Source: an uncultured Methanoregulaceae archaeon (GTDB lineage: Archaea; Halobacteriota; Methanomicrobia; Methanomicrobiales; Methanospirillaceae). From it: a stretch of 64,000 nucleotides of DNA. Position 1 is the stretch's first letter; every line of letters begins with the position of its first letter. The notes under the pieces were generated by a model. That model ran no database searches and was not told where the DNA came from. It was given only the letters and a program-made list of their open reading frames with translations. Positions 52,069 to 61,930 of this stretch are shown piece by piece. Where the stretch lies: NCBI GenBank assembly GCA_963701095.1, contig OY969564.1, positions 1,344,001-1,408,000 on the forward strand, written 5' to 3'. Both the position numbers and the translations under genes were made by a program.

Positions 52069-52652
52069 CAGCATGTCCTGCCAAATGTCTGTCCCATCTC
52101 GAACGCTTTCACATTCGCCTCGACAGTTCTGGGAGGGACAAGTTTCTTTACCGCAGTAAGAAGGGATTCAGATTTTAACGGAATAGACCCCGATGCCGCA
52201 CCAAGGATCACGACATTCTGGGCAAGGCTGCTGCCCGCCTCTGTCGCGATCCGGTCAGCATCAATGAGGCAGGGATCGAACGGGGCCAGCTGCGCGGTAA
52301 CTTCTCCTTCGGTTGGCAACGGGCTTTTCTGGGTAAATGCCGAAGTGGGAAGCACCATATGCCGGTTGACCACCATTTTACCACCGGTTTTTAGATAATG
52401 GGAATACCGGAGGGCCTCAAGGAGATCGAAGGAAATCAGGAGATCCGCAGTACCGGGAACAATGAGCGGACCGTAGAGTCCATCAATTCTTATGTGGGTC
52501 TCGACCGATCCCCCGCGCTGTGCCATACCATGAGTCTCGGCACCTTTCACATGCCGGCCCTCGAAAAGACATGCCTCACCGAGGATATTGGAGGCAAGGA
52601 TGGTTCCCTGACCGCCGATCCCGACGATCAGGATATCGAAACTTTTTGTCAT
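52068..52652 (-). CDS. iorB: Indolepyruvate ferredoxin oxidoreductase beta subunit
   Basis: GIGGQGTILAS, ETHGMAQRGGSV, NVVILGA. Confidence 0.95.
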   Translation of the reverse strand: MTKSFDILIVGIGGQGTILASNILGEACLFEGRHVKGAETHGMAQRGGSVETHIRIDGLYGPLIVPGTADLLISFDLLEALRYSHYLKTGGKMVVNRHMVLPTSAFTQKSPLPTEGEVTAQLAPFDPCLIDADRIATEAGSSLAQNVVILGAASGSIPLKSESLLTAVKKLVPPRTVEANVKAFEMGQTFGRTC

Positions 52653-54421
52653 TTCTTAGCCTCCCGTGATATTGCACCTGTCGGACAGATGCGAACACAG
52701 ACAGCACACCCGCTGCACAGCTCGGTGATCCTGGCTTTTTTATCGATGATCTCGATTGCGGGGCACCCGAACCGCACGCAGGTACCGCAACCGGTGCATG
52801 TCTCCGGGTTTACTGCGTAAAATCCCCGTTTAACCCCGGCACGGCGTGCTACGATCACACACATCTGCTTTGCAATAATTACCTTAACACCGGTTTTTTT
52901 CTTTGCCGCTTCAAGCCCACGGAGCATGCCGGTCAAATCGTAGGGATCGACCGTTTCAACAAAAGTTACCCCGCAGGAGCGACAGACTGCGTCAAGAGAA
53001 ACCGGTGTCGCCTCTATACCGGTTGCGGTAACCCCGGTGTTCGGATTTGGCTGGTGGCCGGTCATTGCCGTAATCCGGTTATCGAGAATAACTACGGTCA
53101 TATTTGCACCGTTGTATACCGCATTCATCAGCCCCTGAATACCGGTATGGAGGAACGTCGAATCGCCGATGGTACAGACTATATCCCGGGTCTCACCGGA
53201 ATGTGCGATGCCGCTGCCGACCGTAATCGAGGCGCCCATACAGATAGTTGTATCCACTGTGCCAAGTTGTAGACCCAGGGTGTAGCAGCCGATATCACTG
53301 GGATAAATTGCTGACTCGCCAAATACTTTTTTCATGGCGTAGAAGGCTGCACGGTGGTGACAGCCTGCGCAAAGGATCGGCGGGCGGGACGGGAGGTTCT
53401 GAACGGGATCCTTTGAGGAAAACGGGTTCTTTTCAAGAAACCCGGCTTTTGCCATAATAAGAGATACTACGGCCGGGGAAAGTTCTCCTTCATAAGGTGC
53501 GTATCCGTTGATCTTTCCAAATACCGGCACACATCCGGCAACCTGACGCACTGCCTCCTCAACAACGGGAGCGAGTTCTTCTATGACAAGGATCTTGTCA
53601 TGTTGCTGTACAAACTTTCCGAGCCATTCTTCGTCTACCGGGTACGCACCGATCTTCATAAACGAAACGCCAGGGGGCAGGAGTTCCTGCACATAGGACG
53701 CACCAATCCCGCTTGCGATAACAGCAGTTTTTCCTCGAACTGTATAGTGATTGAGACCTCGTTCCACGAGACGCTTTTTCAACGCATGTTGCTTTTCGTT
53801 AAGTTTTTTATGCAGGATCCGGGTATGGGCGGGGATTACGACATATTGCCGGGGGTCTTTGTGAAACTCACCTTTTTTTGTGTTCCTGGAAACCGGCCCG
53901 AGTTCAACATCACCTTTCGAGTGGCAGATCCGCGTCGTCGGACGGAAAAGGACGGGTAACCCGAACTCCTCGGAAATTTCAAACGCGGTTGCGATCATAT
54001 CATGCGCTTCCTGTACTCCGGATGGATCGAGACAGGGAAGCCGGGAGAAATGGGCATAGCACCGGGTGTCCTGTTCGTTCTGGGAGCTGTGTGCAAACGG
54101 GTCATCAGCACTCATGATCACAAATCCTCCGGTCACTCCTGTATAAGCGCTCGTCATAAGAGGGTCAGCGGCAACGTTGAGGCCGACATGCTTCATAGTG
54201 CAGATCGCCCGGATCCCGCACCATGCGGCAGCAAGTGCATTTTCGAGAGCGACTTTCTCGTTTACCGACCATTCTAGGTAATAGGCCGGATCTTTTTGTA
54301 CACGTAAGACATCGATAACTTCAGATGACGGGGTGCCAGGGTACCCACTCACAAAACCTACGCCCGTTTCAAGACATGCGTGGGCGATAGCTTCATTCCC
54401 GAGGAGATAGTGTCGTTCCAT
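52649..54421 (-). CDS. iorA: Indolepyruvate ferredoxin oxidoreductase alpha subunit
   Basis: LLGNEAIA, YPGTPSSE, MKHVGLNVAAD, GDSTF.H, C-terminal ferredoxin cysteines. Confidence 0.96.
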   Translation of the reverse strand: MERHYLLGNEAIAHACLETGVGFVSGYPGTPSSEVIDVLRVQKDPAYYLEWSVNEKVALENALAAAWCGIRAICTMKHVGLNVAADPLMTSAYTGVTGGFVIMSADDPFAHSSQNEQDTRCYAHFSRLPCLDPSGVQEAHDMIATAFEISEEFGLPVLFRPTTRICHSKGDVELGPVSRNTKKGEFHKDPRQYVVIPAHTRILHKKLNEKQHALKKRLVERGLNHYTVRGKTAVIASGIGASYVQELLPPGVSFMKIGAYPVDEEWLGKFVQQHDKILVIEELAPVVEEAVRQVAGCVPVFGKINGYAPYEGELSPAVVSLIMAKAGFLEKNPFSSKDPVQNLPSRPPILCAGCHHRAAFYAMKKVFGESAIYPSDIGCYTLGLQLGTVDTTICMGASITVGSGIAHSGETRDIVCTIGDSTFLHTGIQGLMNAVYNGANMTVVILDNRITAMTGHQPNPNTGVTATGIEATPVSLDAVCRSCGVTFVETVDPYDLTGMLRGLEAAKKKTGVKVIIAKQMCVIVARRAGVKRGFYAVNPETCTGCGTCVRFGCPAIEIIDKKARITELCSGCAVCVRICPTGAISREAKK

Positions 54422-54551
54422 GATCCCAGATCCGTTCAGATACGTATTTTTTGACACCGAGCCCTATAGCATTATCCTGTCCGCCTTGCCATTCACAACC
54501 TATAAAAACTCTGATGGGATAACTAATAAGGTAAATTTCAGGCAATCCCTG

Positions 54552-54625
54552 GGGCCCGTAGCATAGCCCGGTGGTGCGCCCGGCTGATAACCGGGAGGTC
54601 ATGCGTTCGAATCGCATCGGGCCCA
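54552..54625 (+). tRNA. tRNA-Ile(GAT)
   Basis: Acceptor GGGCCCG/CGGGCCC, anticodon arm CCCGG-CTGATAA-CCGGG. Confidence 0.96.
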
Positions 54626-54722
54626 TATCCTTGTTTTGAAACGCAAGTCAATTTTAAAAAAAAATCGTTGTAAAAGAATAGATTTTCCTGCTGGTTTTAA
54701 CTGGAACGAGAAAGATTCCTTC

Positions 54723-55259
54723 TCATGATTTGTGCTTGGTGGCAAAAACAAACCCGATCACTTTTTCAAGGGCCGAAATGAGGTCTTCTTCCGATTTCAT
54801 GTAATCATGCATGCCCTGGTACAACATGAACATGACATCGTACCCGTACTCATCTATTGCTGATTTCGGATCTATGGGATTAAGATACGAATCTGTTATA
54901 AATCCGTCGGAACTGTACATGAGTTCAAAGAGTTTACCTTTTTCCGTAAGGACACAGAACTGGTCGGTGATTTTCTTTGCCGGGTCATCAGGACGGAAGA
55001 GGGCCGGTTCGGTTTTACCGAGGATGATCATCTTTTCTGTATAATAATTGGCATCGTACAGTTCGTTTTTGGTATCCTGCTTGCCGATCTTAAGAAGGTT
55101 GAGACCAACGGATTTTACCACCGGCTTTGCCATAGTGCCCATGCGGCCCAGCAGGTCACCATCATGGGATCGTATCTCTTCTGACAACCGGGCATCCGTC
55201 TTTTTCATTTCCTCAATCTTTTCTGTGATCTTCTTAAACCCGGCTTCTATTTCATCCAT
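54723..55259 (-). CDS. Hypothetical protein
   Basis: 178-aa ORF with GGTGA RBS and coiled-coil-like N-terminus. Confidence 0.8.
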   Translation of the reverse strand: MDEIEAGFKKITEKIEEMKKTDARLSEEIRSHDGDLLGRMGTMAKPVVKSVGLNLLKIGKQDTKNELYDANYYTEKMIILGKTEPALFRPDDPAKKITDQFCVLTEKGKLFELMYSSDGFITDSYLNPIDPKSAIDEYGYDVMFMLYQGMHDYMKSEEDLISALEKVIGFVFATKHKS

Positions 55260-55308
55260 ATCATATCACCATTTTTCTCATCCGACGTAAAACAAGTATA
55301 GTTTACGT

Positions 55309-56622
55309 TCAGCCTATAAAATCACTTGTTTCTTTTACGCATTGTATTCTTGGCAAAGCCTTGGAGACACAATCCCCGAGAAAGAAATATTTACGATCTT
55401 TTTTGAGGGAAATATCTACAGCAGTACCTACGGGAAGATCTTCTCTGATTACAACGCCTTGATAGGATGCGGTCCTCGCCACAACTGATCCCGGCTTAAG
55501 TTTCTCGGTGACAACACAGGAAACAATAGTACCGATAAGCAGATGGTTCACCGTTGTATATTGCTTTTCAGCAAACGTGTTGAGAATCCGGGAGCGGTCT
55601 TTTTTTATCGAGTCAGGAACATCTTTTTCCGTAAAAATTTCGGTAAACGGCCTCGCTGAATATCTCGTGATATTCACTTTAGAGGGTTTAATCCTCCCGA
55701 TGAGATCAAGGGTACGGGAAAAGTCGTCAGCGGTTTCACCGGGAAATCCGACAATGACATCGGTTGAGACGTTTATTCCCGGATACCTCCTGCGAAATGC
55801 TGAAATTATATCTTCGAAATCCTGAACTGTGTAACCCCGTCCCATTCGTTTGAGTATACGGTCTGAACCCGATTGTACCGGAAGGTGCAGAAAACGGAAA
55901 AGGTGTTCACTCTTAAACGCGTCAACGAGTTCGTCGAGGATGCCGATCACTGTCGCGGGGTTCATCATCCCGACGCGGATACGGTAATTTCCCTGCAGGG
56001 TACAGATGCCAGTAAGAAGATCGGGCAATATTTGTCCTTTATCCTGGCCCCATGCGCTGACATCCTGTGCAGTCAACTGGATTTCGAATGCGCCTGCATC
56101 AACAAACGCACTGATTTTTTTATGTATTTCCTCTTGGGGAAAACTCGTAAGCGGTCCCCGTGCCAGGCGTGTGATGCAGTACGTGCATCGCCCGAGGCAG
56201 CCCTTGGCAACCTGGACAATCCCCACACCTGCTGGGGCAACGGTCTGAACAGAAAGGTATGCCTCACGTATCTGGTCCGGAGTAATGACTTTTGGGGAAC
56301 AGACTGCAAAAATGGAATCGCGCTGAACAAGGGGCATGCAGCCGGTGACAAAAAGCAGTTTGTCCTGAAATGCAGAAAGCCGACGGAGCATCCGGCGTTC
56401 GGTAGGCGCGATCACCGTACATGTGTTAATAACAATCGCATCCGCCTCTTCGGGAGACCCAACGCAGGAGCTGCCGTATTTTCTGAGCACTTCTACGAGG
56501 TTTGCCGTATCCCCGAAATTATAACGGCACCCATAGGTTTCGATATACACCCTTTTTCTTGTGAGCGCAGCAAAAGGATCAGTTGTTTCGCCGCTGGGAT
56601 CTATGGATCGGACCTCTTCCAT
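55309..56622 (-). CDS. MiaB-like tRNA methylthiotransferase (archaeal MtaB type); start uncertain
   Basis: YIETYGC, INTCTV, CLGRCTYC, RVGMMNP, HLPVQSGS, IVGFPGET. Confidence 0.9.
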   Translation of the reverse strand: MEEVRSIDPSGETTDPFAALTRKRVYIETYGCRYNFGDTANLVEVLRKYGSSCVGSPEEADAIVINTCTVIAPTERRMLRRLSAFQDKLLFVTGCMPLVQRDSIFAVCSPKVITPDQIREAYLSVQTVAPAGVGIVQVAKGCLGRCTYCITRLARGPLTSFPQEEIHKKISAFVDAGAFEIQLTAQDVSAWGQDKGQILPDLLTGICTLQGNYRIRVGMMNPATVIGILDELVDAFKSEHLFRFLHLPVQSGSDRILKRMGRGYTVQDFEDIISAFRRRYPGINVSTDVIVGFPGETADDFSRTLDLIGRIKPSKVNITRYSARPFTEIFTEKDVPDSIKKDRSRILNTFAEKQYTTVNHLLIGTIVSCVVTEKLKPGSVVARTASYQGVVIREDLPVGTAVDISLKKDRKYFFLGDCVSKALPRIQCVKETSDFIG

Positions 56623-56743
56623 GTTCGTCTCCGGATCTTTTGGGTTAGGAGCAGTTAAAAGTCGTTTTTTGGATAAGGCCCTCTTTACTTTAGCGGCTTC
56701 CCTGAGGATAACCATTAATCCATGACACCCATACCTGTTTACC

Positions 56744-57502
56744 ATGTTACGGATAGGGCTGCTGGGCTGCGGTAACATCGGGCATATCATTGCCCGGCAC
56801 GCAGACGAATTTACCATCCCCGCAGTTTATGATACTATTCCCGAACGGGCCGGGGAAATCGCCGATATATGCAAGGGAGAGGCATTCCGGGATTTTGAAG
56901 CGTTCCTCGATGCTGAAACTGATATTGTTGTTGAAGCAGCATCTGTAGGTGCAGCGCGGGCGCATGCACAAGAGGTTCTGCTGCACAAGAAAAACCTCGT
57001 CATTATGAGTGTTGGGGCGCTCACCGATCCGTTATTCAAAGATGAACTCATATCTACCGCACGAAAAACGGGAACGAAGATCTATATCCCCAGTGGAGCA
57101 ATATTCGGGCTTGATAACCTGAAGATCGGCCAGATATCGCCGCTCACAAAATTACTTCTGAAAACAACTAAAAACCCGCAGTCCCTTGGCCTTTCAATAA
57201 CCAAACGGCAGCAGATCTTTTCCGGTAAGGCAAACGAGTGCATCAAGTCATATCCAAAAAACGTAAATGTCTCGGTTGCAATGGGGCTTGCAGCGGGTAG
57301 GGACGCGGACGTTGAACTCTGGGTGGATCCGGAAGCAGATAAAAACACTCACGAACTCTTTATTGAAGGTAGCTTTGGTGAGTCCTATATCCGGGTCACC
57401 AATGTCCCCAGTCCAGAGAACCCGGCTACGAGTTACCTTGCAGCATTATCGATCCTGTCGCTCCTAAAAAATATTGACAGCCCCCTTGTTATCGGTACAT
57501 GA
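56744..57502 (+). CDS. nadX: L-aspartate dehydrogenase
   Basis: IGLLGCGNIG, VVEAAS, SVGAL, PSGAIFGLD, PKNVNV, NPATSYLA. Confidence 0.92.
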   Translation: MLRIGLLGCGNIGHIIARHADEFTIPAVYDTIPERAGEIADICKGEAFRDFEAFLDAETDIVVEAASVGAARAHAQEVLLHKKNLVIMSVGALTDPLFKDELISTARKTGTKIYIPSGAIFGLDNLKIGQISPLTKLLLKTTKNPQSLGLSITKRQQIFSGKANECIKSYPKNVNVSVAMGLAAGRDADVELWVDPEADKNTHELFIEGSFGESYIRVTNVPSPENPATSYLAALSILSLLKNIDSPLVIGT

Positions 57503-58341
57503 GAGATGCTATGATTCCTCTGGAATACCTGTTGAAATTCATCGGTGAGGACGCCCCGTTTGGGGATATTACTTCAGAATCCATCGTCCCGGAGGTTTCC
57601 TGCCGGGCATTAATCAGGGCCGAGCAGGAGGGTATTGTTGCCGGTCTCCAGGAAGCTGGAGCCCTTTTTTCGCACTTTGGCGTAGAGGTAAGTCCTGCAA
57701 CCAGTGACGGAAAACAGGTAAAAGAAGGAGATGCTCTTCTCACGCTTTCAGGCCCGGCAAAAGAGATTCTCCTCGTAGAACGAACCGCACTCAACATTAT
57801 CGGCAGGATGAGCGGGATTGCAACTCTGACGAAAAGAATGATGGATCACGTAAAGAAAGAAAATCCAAAATGCAGGGTTGCAGCAACGCGTAAAACCTGC
57901 CCTGGACTACGGGTACTGGATAAAAAAGCAGTCGCTCTCGGAGGTGGTGATCCACATCGATTGGGGCTGAGTGATGGAATCCTCATCAAGGACAACCACC
58001 TTGTCCTGGTTCCACTTATTGAGGCGATCAGGAGCGCTAAAGCGAAAAATTCCTACCGGAGGATCGAGATCGAAGTGGAAACCGTCGAAGACGCTCTTAC
58101 TGCCGCACAAGAGGGAGCCGATATTATACTATGCGACAATATGACACCGGACCGTATCCGGAACACTATTATGCACCTGGAAAAAGCCGGACTCAGGGAT
58201 CGGGTAACTATCGAACTGTCGGGAGGGATCACAGCAGGTACAATCAGCGAATACGCTCGTACTGGCGCTGACCTTATCAGCCTTGGTGCACTCACTCACA
58301 CGGTTACGAATTTTTCGGTAACCCTCGAGATTTTGATATAA
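57499..58341 (+). CDS. nadC: Quinolinate phosphoribosyltransferase
   Basis: EDAPFGDITS, ERTALN, TRKTCPG, IKDNH, EIEVE, DN, SGGI. Confidence 0.96.
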   Translation: MRDAMIPLEYLLKFIGEDAPFGDITSESIVPEVSCRALIRAEQEGIVAGLQEAGALFSHFGVEVSPATSDGKQVKEGDALLTLSGPAKEILLVERTALNIIGRMSGIATLTKRMMDHVKKENPKCRVAATRKTCPGLRVLDKKAVALGGGDPHRLGLSDGILIKDNHLVLVPLIEAIRSAKAKNSYRRIEIEVETVEDALTAAQEGADIILCDNMTPDRIRNTIMHLEKAGLRDRVTIELSGGITAGTISEYARTGADLISLGALTHTVTNFSVTLEILI

Positions 58342-58548
58342 TTTTTAGTAGTGATCTGGTACGGCATCCACTTCCAAACACAGAATCCGGCTTTTCCAAA
58401 GCATACTAAATCGACATAAGTCCTGTTTTCTCCACGTCCGGTAAACTTCAGAAAGCGGTTCGCTGCAACCCGTGGCATAACGTCCCGCGTCATGTTGAAA
58501 CCTCATTCCCGAAAATTTTGAATATTTAGTACTGTACAAACCAACAAG

Positions 58549-58577
58549 TTGATATGTTAACACTGTTAACATTTCAA
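58549..58577. promoter_or_regulatory. 29-bp near-perfect palindrome, probable operator
   Basis: TTGA-T-ATGTTAACA-C-TGTTAACAT-T-TCAA ends 2 nt before the HTH gene ATG. Confidence 0.65.
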
Positions 58578-58579
58578 TC

Positions 58580-58825
58580 ATGTATCAGCAAACCTTACCC
58601 CCATCCTCAAGGACTGTACTAGAGATTCTCGGCAGTGGTGGTGCCATGACCCACAAAGATCTGGTCAAGAAAAGCCGGCTAGCCCCGCGAACCGTACGGT
58701 ATGCATTGAAAAAACTCAAAGAGCATCACCTCATCATCGAGAAGTTCAACTTCCGTGATGCCCGACAGATCATCTATCAGAACAGGCCAGTCATTGTTTC
58801 CGAATCACAACCCGTATTGGTATGA
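58580..58825 (+). CDS. Small winged-helix DNA-binding protein
   Basis: LPPSS..VL..L...MTHKDL....LAPRTVRYALKKL...DARQ. Confidence 0.85.
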   Translation: MYQQTLPPSSRTVLEILGSGGAMTHKDLVKKSRLAPRTVRYALKKLKEHHLIIEKFNFRDARQIIYQNRPVIVSESQPVLV

Positions 58826-59130
58826 CGAAACACACCTGCACACTCATGCATTGCGACAGTATGGTGCGAAACCTTCTGCCGCCCATGAGAGCTGAAATGG
58901 TCTCCCGGCTTGTGAATAACCAGGGTCTCAGCCAGAGTGATGCAGCAAAAAGACTGGGTGTAACCCGCGCTGCGGTTTCCCAGTACCTGAGCAGGAAAAG
59001 AGGATACGGAGCAATTGAACTGTCCTCTGAACTTGACGCAATGATTGACCGCTGGGCGTTTGCCGTAGTCACCGGAGAAAGTGACATCAATCTCTGCGAT
59101 GTGTGCCAGTGTGCACTTAAAAAATTCTGA
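58822..59130 (+). CDS. HTH transcriptional regulator with Cys-containing termini
   Basis: GLSQSDAAKRLGVTRAAVSQYLSRKRG; HC at N-terminus, CxxCxC at C-terminus. Confidence 0.85.
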   Translation: MTKHTCTLMHCDSMVRNLLPPMRAEMVSRLVNNQGLSQSDAAKRLGVTRAAVSQYLSRKRGYGAIELSSELDAMIDRWAFAVVTGESDINLCDVCQCALKKF

Positions 59131-59361
59131 AAATTCACCAATTCCTGTCGATCGCCGGATTCTTTTTTATGAGACTTCCCACAATTCCGGGTGCTTTCTT
59201 CTGAAAATGCTTTATCTGAAAGATCCTGATCCGGAAAAATTGAGTGTCTGGCAGGGACAGCGTTGATTTAAAAATACTACCCACTGACGGCGACGAAACA
59301 AAAGCGACATAATAGGACGGACAGCATTTTTCTTTTATCAGAGATATAGAATTGTTAGGAA

Positions 59362-59994
59362 ATGAGAAGATCGCCGGGCTTCGGACAGAATAAGGATCAA
59401 GAACCGTTTACAGTCGTGAAACTGGGAGGCAGTCTTGCATCCCACAGTTCTGAGATTATACCGCTACTTCAATCAGCCAATCGCCCTCTCCTGATCGTCC
59501 CCGGGGGAGGAATGTTTGCCGACTTTGTTCGGCGACTGGATTCCACAATATCCGCGGACATGGCGCATTGGATGGCATGTGCTGCTATGGACCAGTACGG
59601 ATGGATGCTTGCCAGTCAGGGCATGAAAACAACATCGAGACTTGAACGCCCGAAAAAACCGCGTATCCTTCTTCCCTACTGCTCCTTGCGCCGGTACGAT
59701 CCCCTCCCTCATTCATGGGATGTCACTTCCGATACCATCGCTGCCTGGGTAGCCGGCAAACTTGGTGGCGATCTGCTCGTGCTCAAATCCGTTGATGGTA
59801 TCACAAAGGAAGGGGAACTTATGACCCGGATAGAAAAAAACGTCACTACTGATGTTCTTGATCCTTGTTTTGTTCCCTATGTCCTCAGACACCGGATACG
59901 GACCTTTATCCTCAACGGTACAGAACCAGCCGGAATCAGTTCCTGGCTTGAAGGACAGAGTGTTCGCGGCACCGTCATTGGTACAACCTTTTAA
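59362..59994 (+). CDS. Amino-acid-kinase-family protein, MfnE-like (methanofuran biosynthesis)
   Basis: VVKLGGSL, IVPGGG.FAD.VR, AHWMA..AMDQYG, HSWDVTSDTIA; sits before the Zn-ribbon and EF-1beta genes. Confidence 0.8.
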   Translation: MRRSPGFGQNKDQEPFTVVKLGGSLASHSSEIIPLLQSANRPLLIVPGGGMFADFVRRLDSTISADMAHWMACAAMDQYGWMLASQGMKTTSRLERPKKPRILLPYCSLRRYDPLPHSWDVTSDTIAAWVAGKLGGDLLVLKSVDGITKEGELMTRIEKNVTTDVLDPCFVPYVLRHRIRTFILNGTEPAGISSWLEGQSVRGTVIGTTF

Positions 59995-60039
59995 AGGTAC
60001 TAAAAGAGATACTATAGGAATCCTTAAAGGAGCAAGACA

Positions 60040-60201
60040 ATGTCAGATAAAAAATGTACTTCCTGCAGCGCTCCGCTTGCAGAAGAGGGCTCAACAGTCT
60101 TTGCGTGTCCCATGTGTGGTGTCGAGATCACCCGGTGCTACCGGTGCAGGGAACAGAGTATTCCTTACGCATGCCCTAAATGTGGATTTGGGGGACCGTA
60201 A
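60040..60201 (+). CDS. Small zinc-ribbon protein (DUF1610/HVO_2753-like; not in the ORF track)
   Basis: Manual translation MSDKKCTSCSAPLAEEGSTVFACPMCGVEITRCYRCREQSIPYACPKCGFGGP; four CxxC. Confidence 0.9.
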   Translation: MSDKKCTSCSAPLAEEGSTVFACPMCGVEITRCYRCREQSIPYACPKCGFGGP

Positions 60202-60204
60202 TAC

Positions 60205-60462
60205 ATGGGAAGTGTTGCTGTAATTGTCAGGGTTATGCCGGATTCGCCGGAAGTCGACCTTGTAAAACTTAAAAGCATGCTCAAAGAAAAACTGCCCGGA
60301 ATTCAGGATATCCAGGAAGAGCCCATCGGTTTTGGCCTTAAGGCTCTGAAGCTCGTAGCCGTTATCAATGATGCTGGCGGCGAGACGGATGCTATTGAAG
60401 GTAAACTGAATGCGGTCCCCGGTGTTGAGCGGGCAGAGATTGTTGAAGTTACGTTAATGTAG
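60205..60462 (+). CDS. ef1b: Elongation factor 1-beta
   Basis: RVMPDSPEVDL, EEPIGFGLKAL, DAGGETD. Confidence 0.95.
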   Translation: MGSVAVIVRVMPDSPEVDLVKLKSMLKEKLPGIQDIQEEPIGFGLKALKLVAVINDAGGETDAIEGKLNAVPGVERAEIVEVTLM

Positions 60463-60523
60463 AACAGGGATTTTCAATCCTTATCCCGGCTTTTTTCATT
60501 CGCCGATATTTTCGGAAAGGGTA

Positions 60524-61519
60524 TTAACTGTTGAATTTCTTTGGCTTTTTGGGAGCTGCCACAAGATCTTTTTCGTTTTCTAGTTGTCCGATAATCTGGT
60601 GGATGGTTGCGCGTATCTTCTCAACAGATTCCCGGTATGCAATAACTTCAGATTCGTCTATTCTGATGGTTACCGGGAATGCCCCGTTCCTGTTTATCCG
60701 GGCCGGTACGCCGATGCATACCCCGCCGATCCCGTGAACTTCACTTTTCACGTACGACGAAACGGTCAGGATCCGGTTATCATCACCAAGGACGGTTTTT
60801 ACGAGTGTCGCGATCGCTTCGCCGGGACCGTAGACTGTGGATCCTTTGTTTTTGATGATCTGCTCTCCGCTTGATTTCACGGATTTGATGAAATCCTCTA
60901 CTGGCAGGTGTGCGAATGCCGGCAGGTTGGAGATCTTGATCCCCCCTATAGTCGTCGCCGACCAGAGCGGTACCATGGATTCCCCATGTTCACCTATAAT
61001 ACGGGTGTGTACTTCGCTGACGTGCACTTTGAAATAGGTCGCAATCAACGATTTTAATCGCATCGAGTCAAGGTGCGTTCCAAGGCCAAAGACCTGGTTT
61101 GGCTTGAGACCTGAATATTTGAGGGCGACACAGGTCATTACATCGACGGGATTGGTCACCATGATGATCTTAGTATCAGGTGCAACGGCTCCTATCGTCC
61201 GTGCAATCGGTGCAATGATCCGCGCATTCCCAAGCGCCAGATCAAGACGATCCTGGCCTGGTCCGCGGGGTGTACCTGCAGTAATGACGACGACATCCGA
61301 GCCGGCAGCATCCTTAAGGCTGGTTGTCCAGGTGACCTTGATATTTGTTCCCCGGGCAGCGAAGGAATCGGCAAAATCCTGTGCAAGTCCTTTTAAAAAA
61401 GCTTCACGCCCTTCACGACCATACAGCTGGATCTCATGGACGTGCGGATCAACGGAAATTGCATAGGCAGCAAACATGCCGACATTGCCGGTTGCACCGA
61501 TAATGGTGACTTTTGACAT
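60524..61519 (-). CDS. mdh: Malate dehydrogenase (LDH/MDH family)
   Basis: IIGATGNVG, TAGTPRGPGQDRLDL, VTNPVD, LDSMR, IGEHG. Confidence 0.9.
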   Translation of the reverse strand: MSKVTIIGATGNVGMFAAYAISVDPHVHEIQLYGREGREAFLKGLAQDFADSFAARGTNIKVTWTTSLKDAAGSDVVVITAGTPRGPGQDRLDLALGNARIIAPIARTIGAVAPDTKIIMVTNPVDVMTCVALKYSGLKPNQVFGLGTHLDSMRLKSLIATYFKVHVSEVHTRIIGEHGESMVPLWSATTIGGIKISNLPAFAHLPVEDFIKSVKSSGEQIIKNKGSTVYGPGEAIATLVKTVLGDDNRILTVSSYVKSEVHGIGGVCIGVPARINRNGAFPVTIRIDESEVIAYRESVEKIRATIHQIIGQLENEKDLVAAPKKPKKFNS

Positions 61520-61534
61520 GGTATCACGAGAAAC

Positions 61535-61841
61535 GGGGACATGTTATCGGTCGACTGTACGTTACTCCTTTCACCAGCGTACTCATCCTCCGCCCCGTTA
61601 CCCCATGGGCGCCGTATGTCTGCGGTAAGTCTGCTCCCTTCCGGGCCTGAACCGGTTCCCGCAGTGACAGGTCGCCATTCCCTCCGGAACTTTGATACCT
61701 GGCCATCGACCTCATGGGACGAGGTTTCAACGTCAGAATACACAGGCTCCAGCAGATCGTTGCAGCCTTCTTCAAACTTCGCCCCCCGCGTACCGACGGT
61801 TTCGGGTTACAAGTGACGCCGAGCCACCCGGGCTAGTCCCC
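61535..61841 (-). ncRNA. ffs: Archaeal signal recognition particle (7S) RNA
   Basis: 5' GGGGAC pairs with 3' GTCCCC; Alu-domain TGTAACCC; helix 8 CAGGCCCGGAAGGGAGCAG; about 307 nt. Confidence 0.95.
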
Positions 61842-61930
61842 ATATATCATGATCTGCCGGTCAATAAATCCTTGTTATATTTGGACTGCTCCCCTACGTC
61901 GCTGCTCGGAAGGTCATATTCAGCGCACAG

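Noticed and set aside
51219..54625. Integrated element between tRNA-Ser and tRNA-Ile
   Set aside because: No integrase and no duplicated tRNA 3' end; cargo is housekeeping iorAB
56744..58341. nadA missing from the nadX-nadC pair
   Set aside because: It may simply lie elsewhere in the genome; cannot be judged from this window
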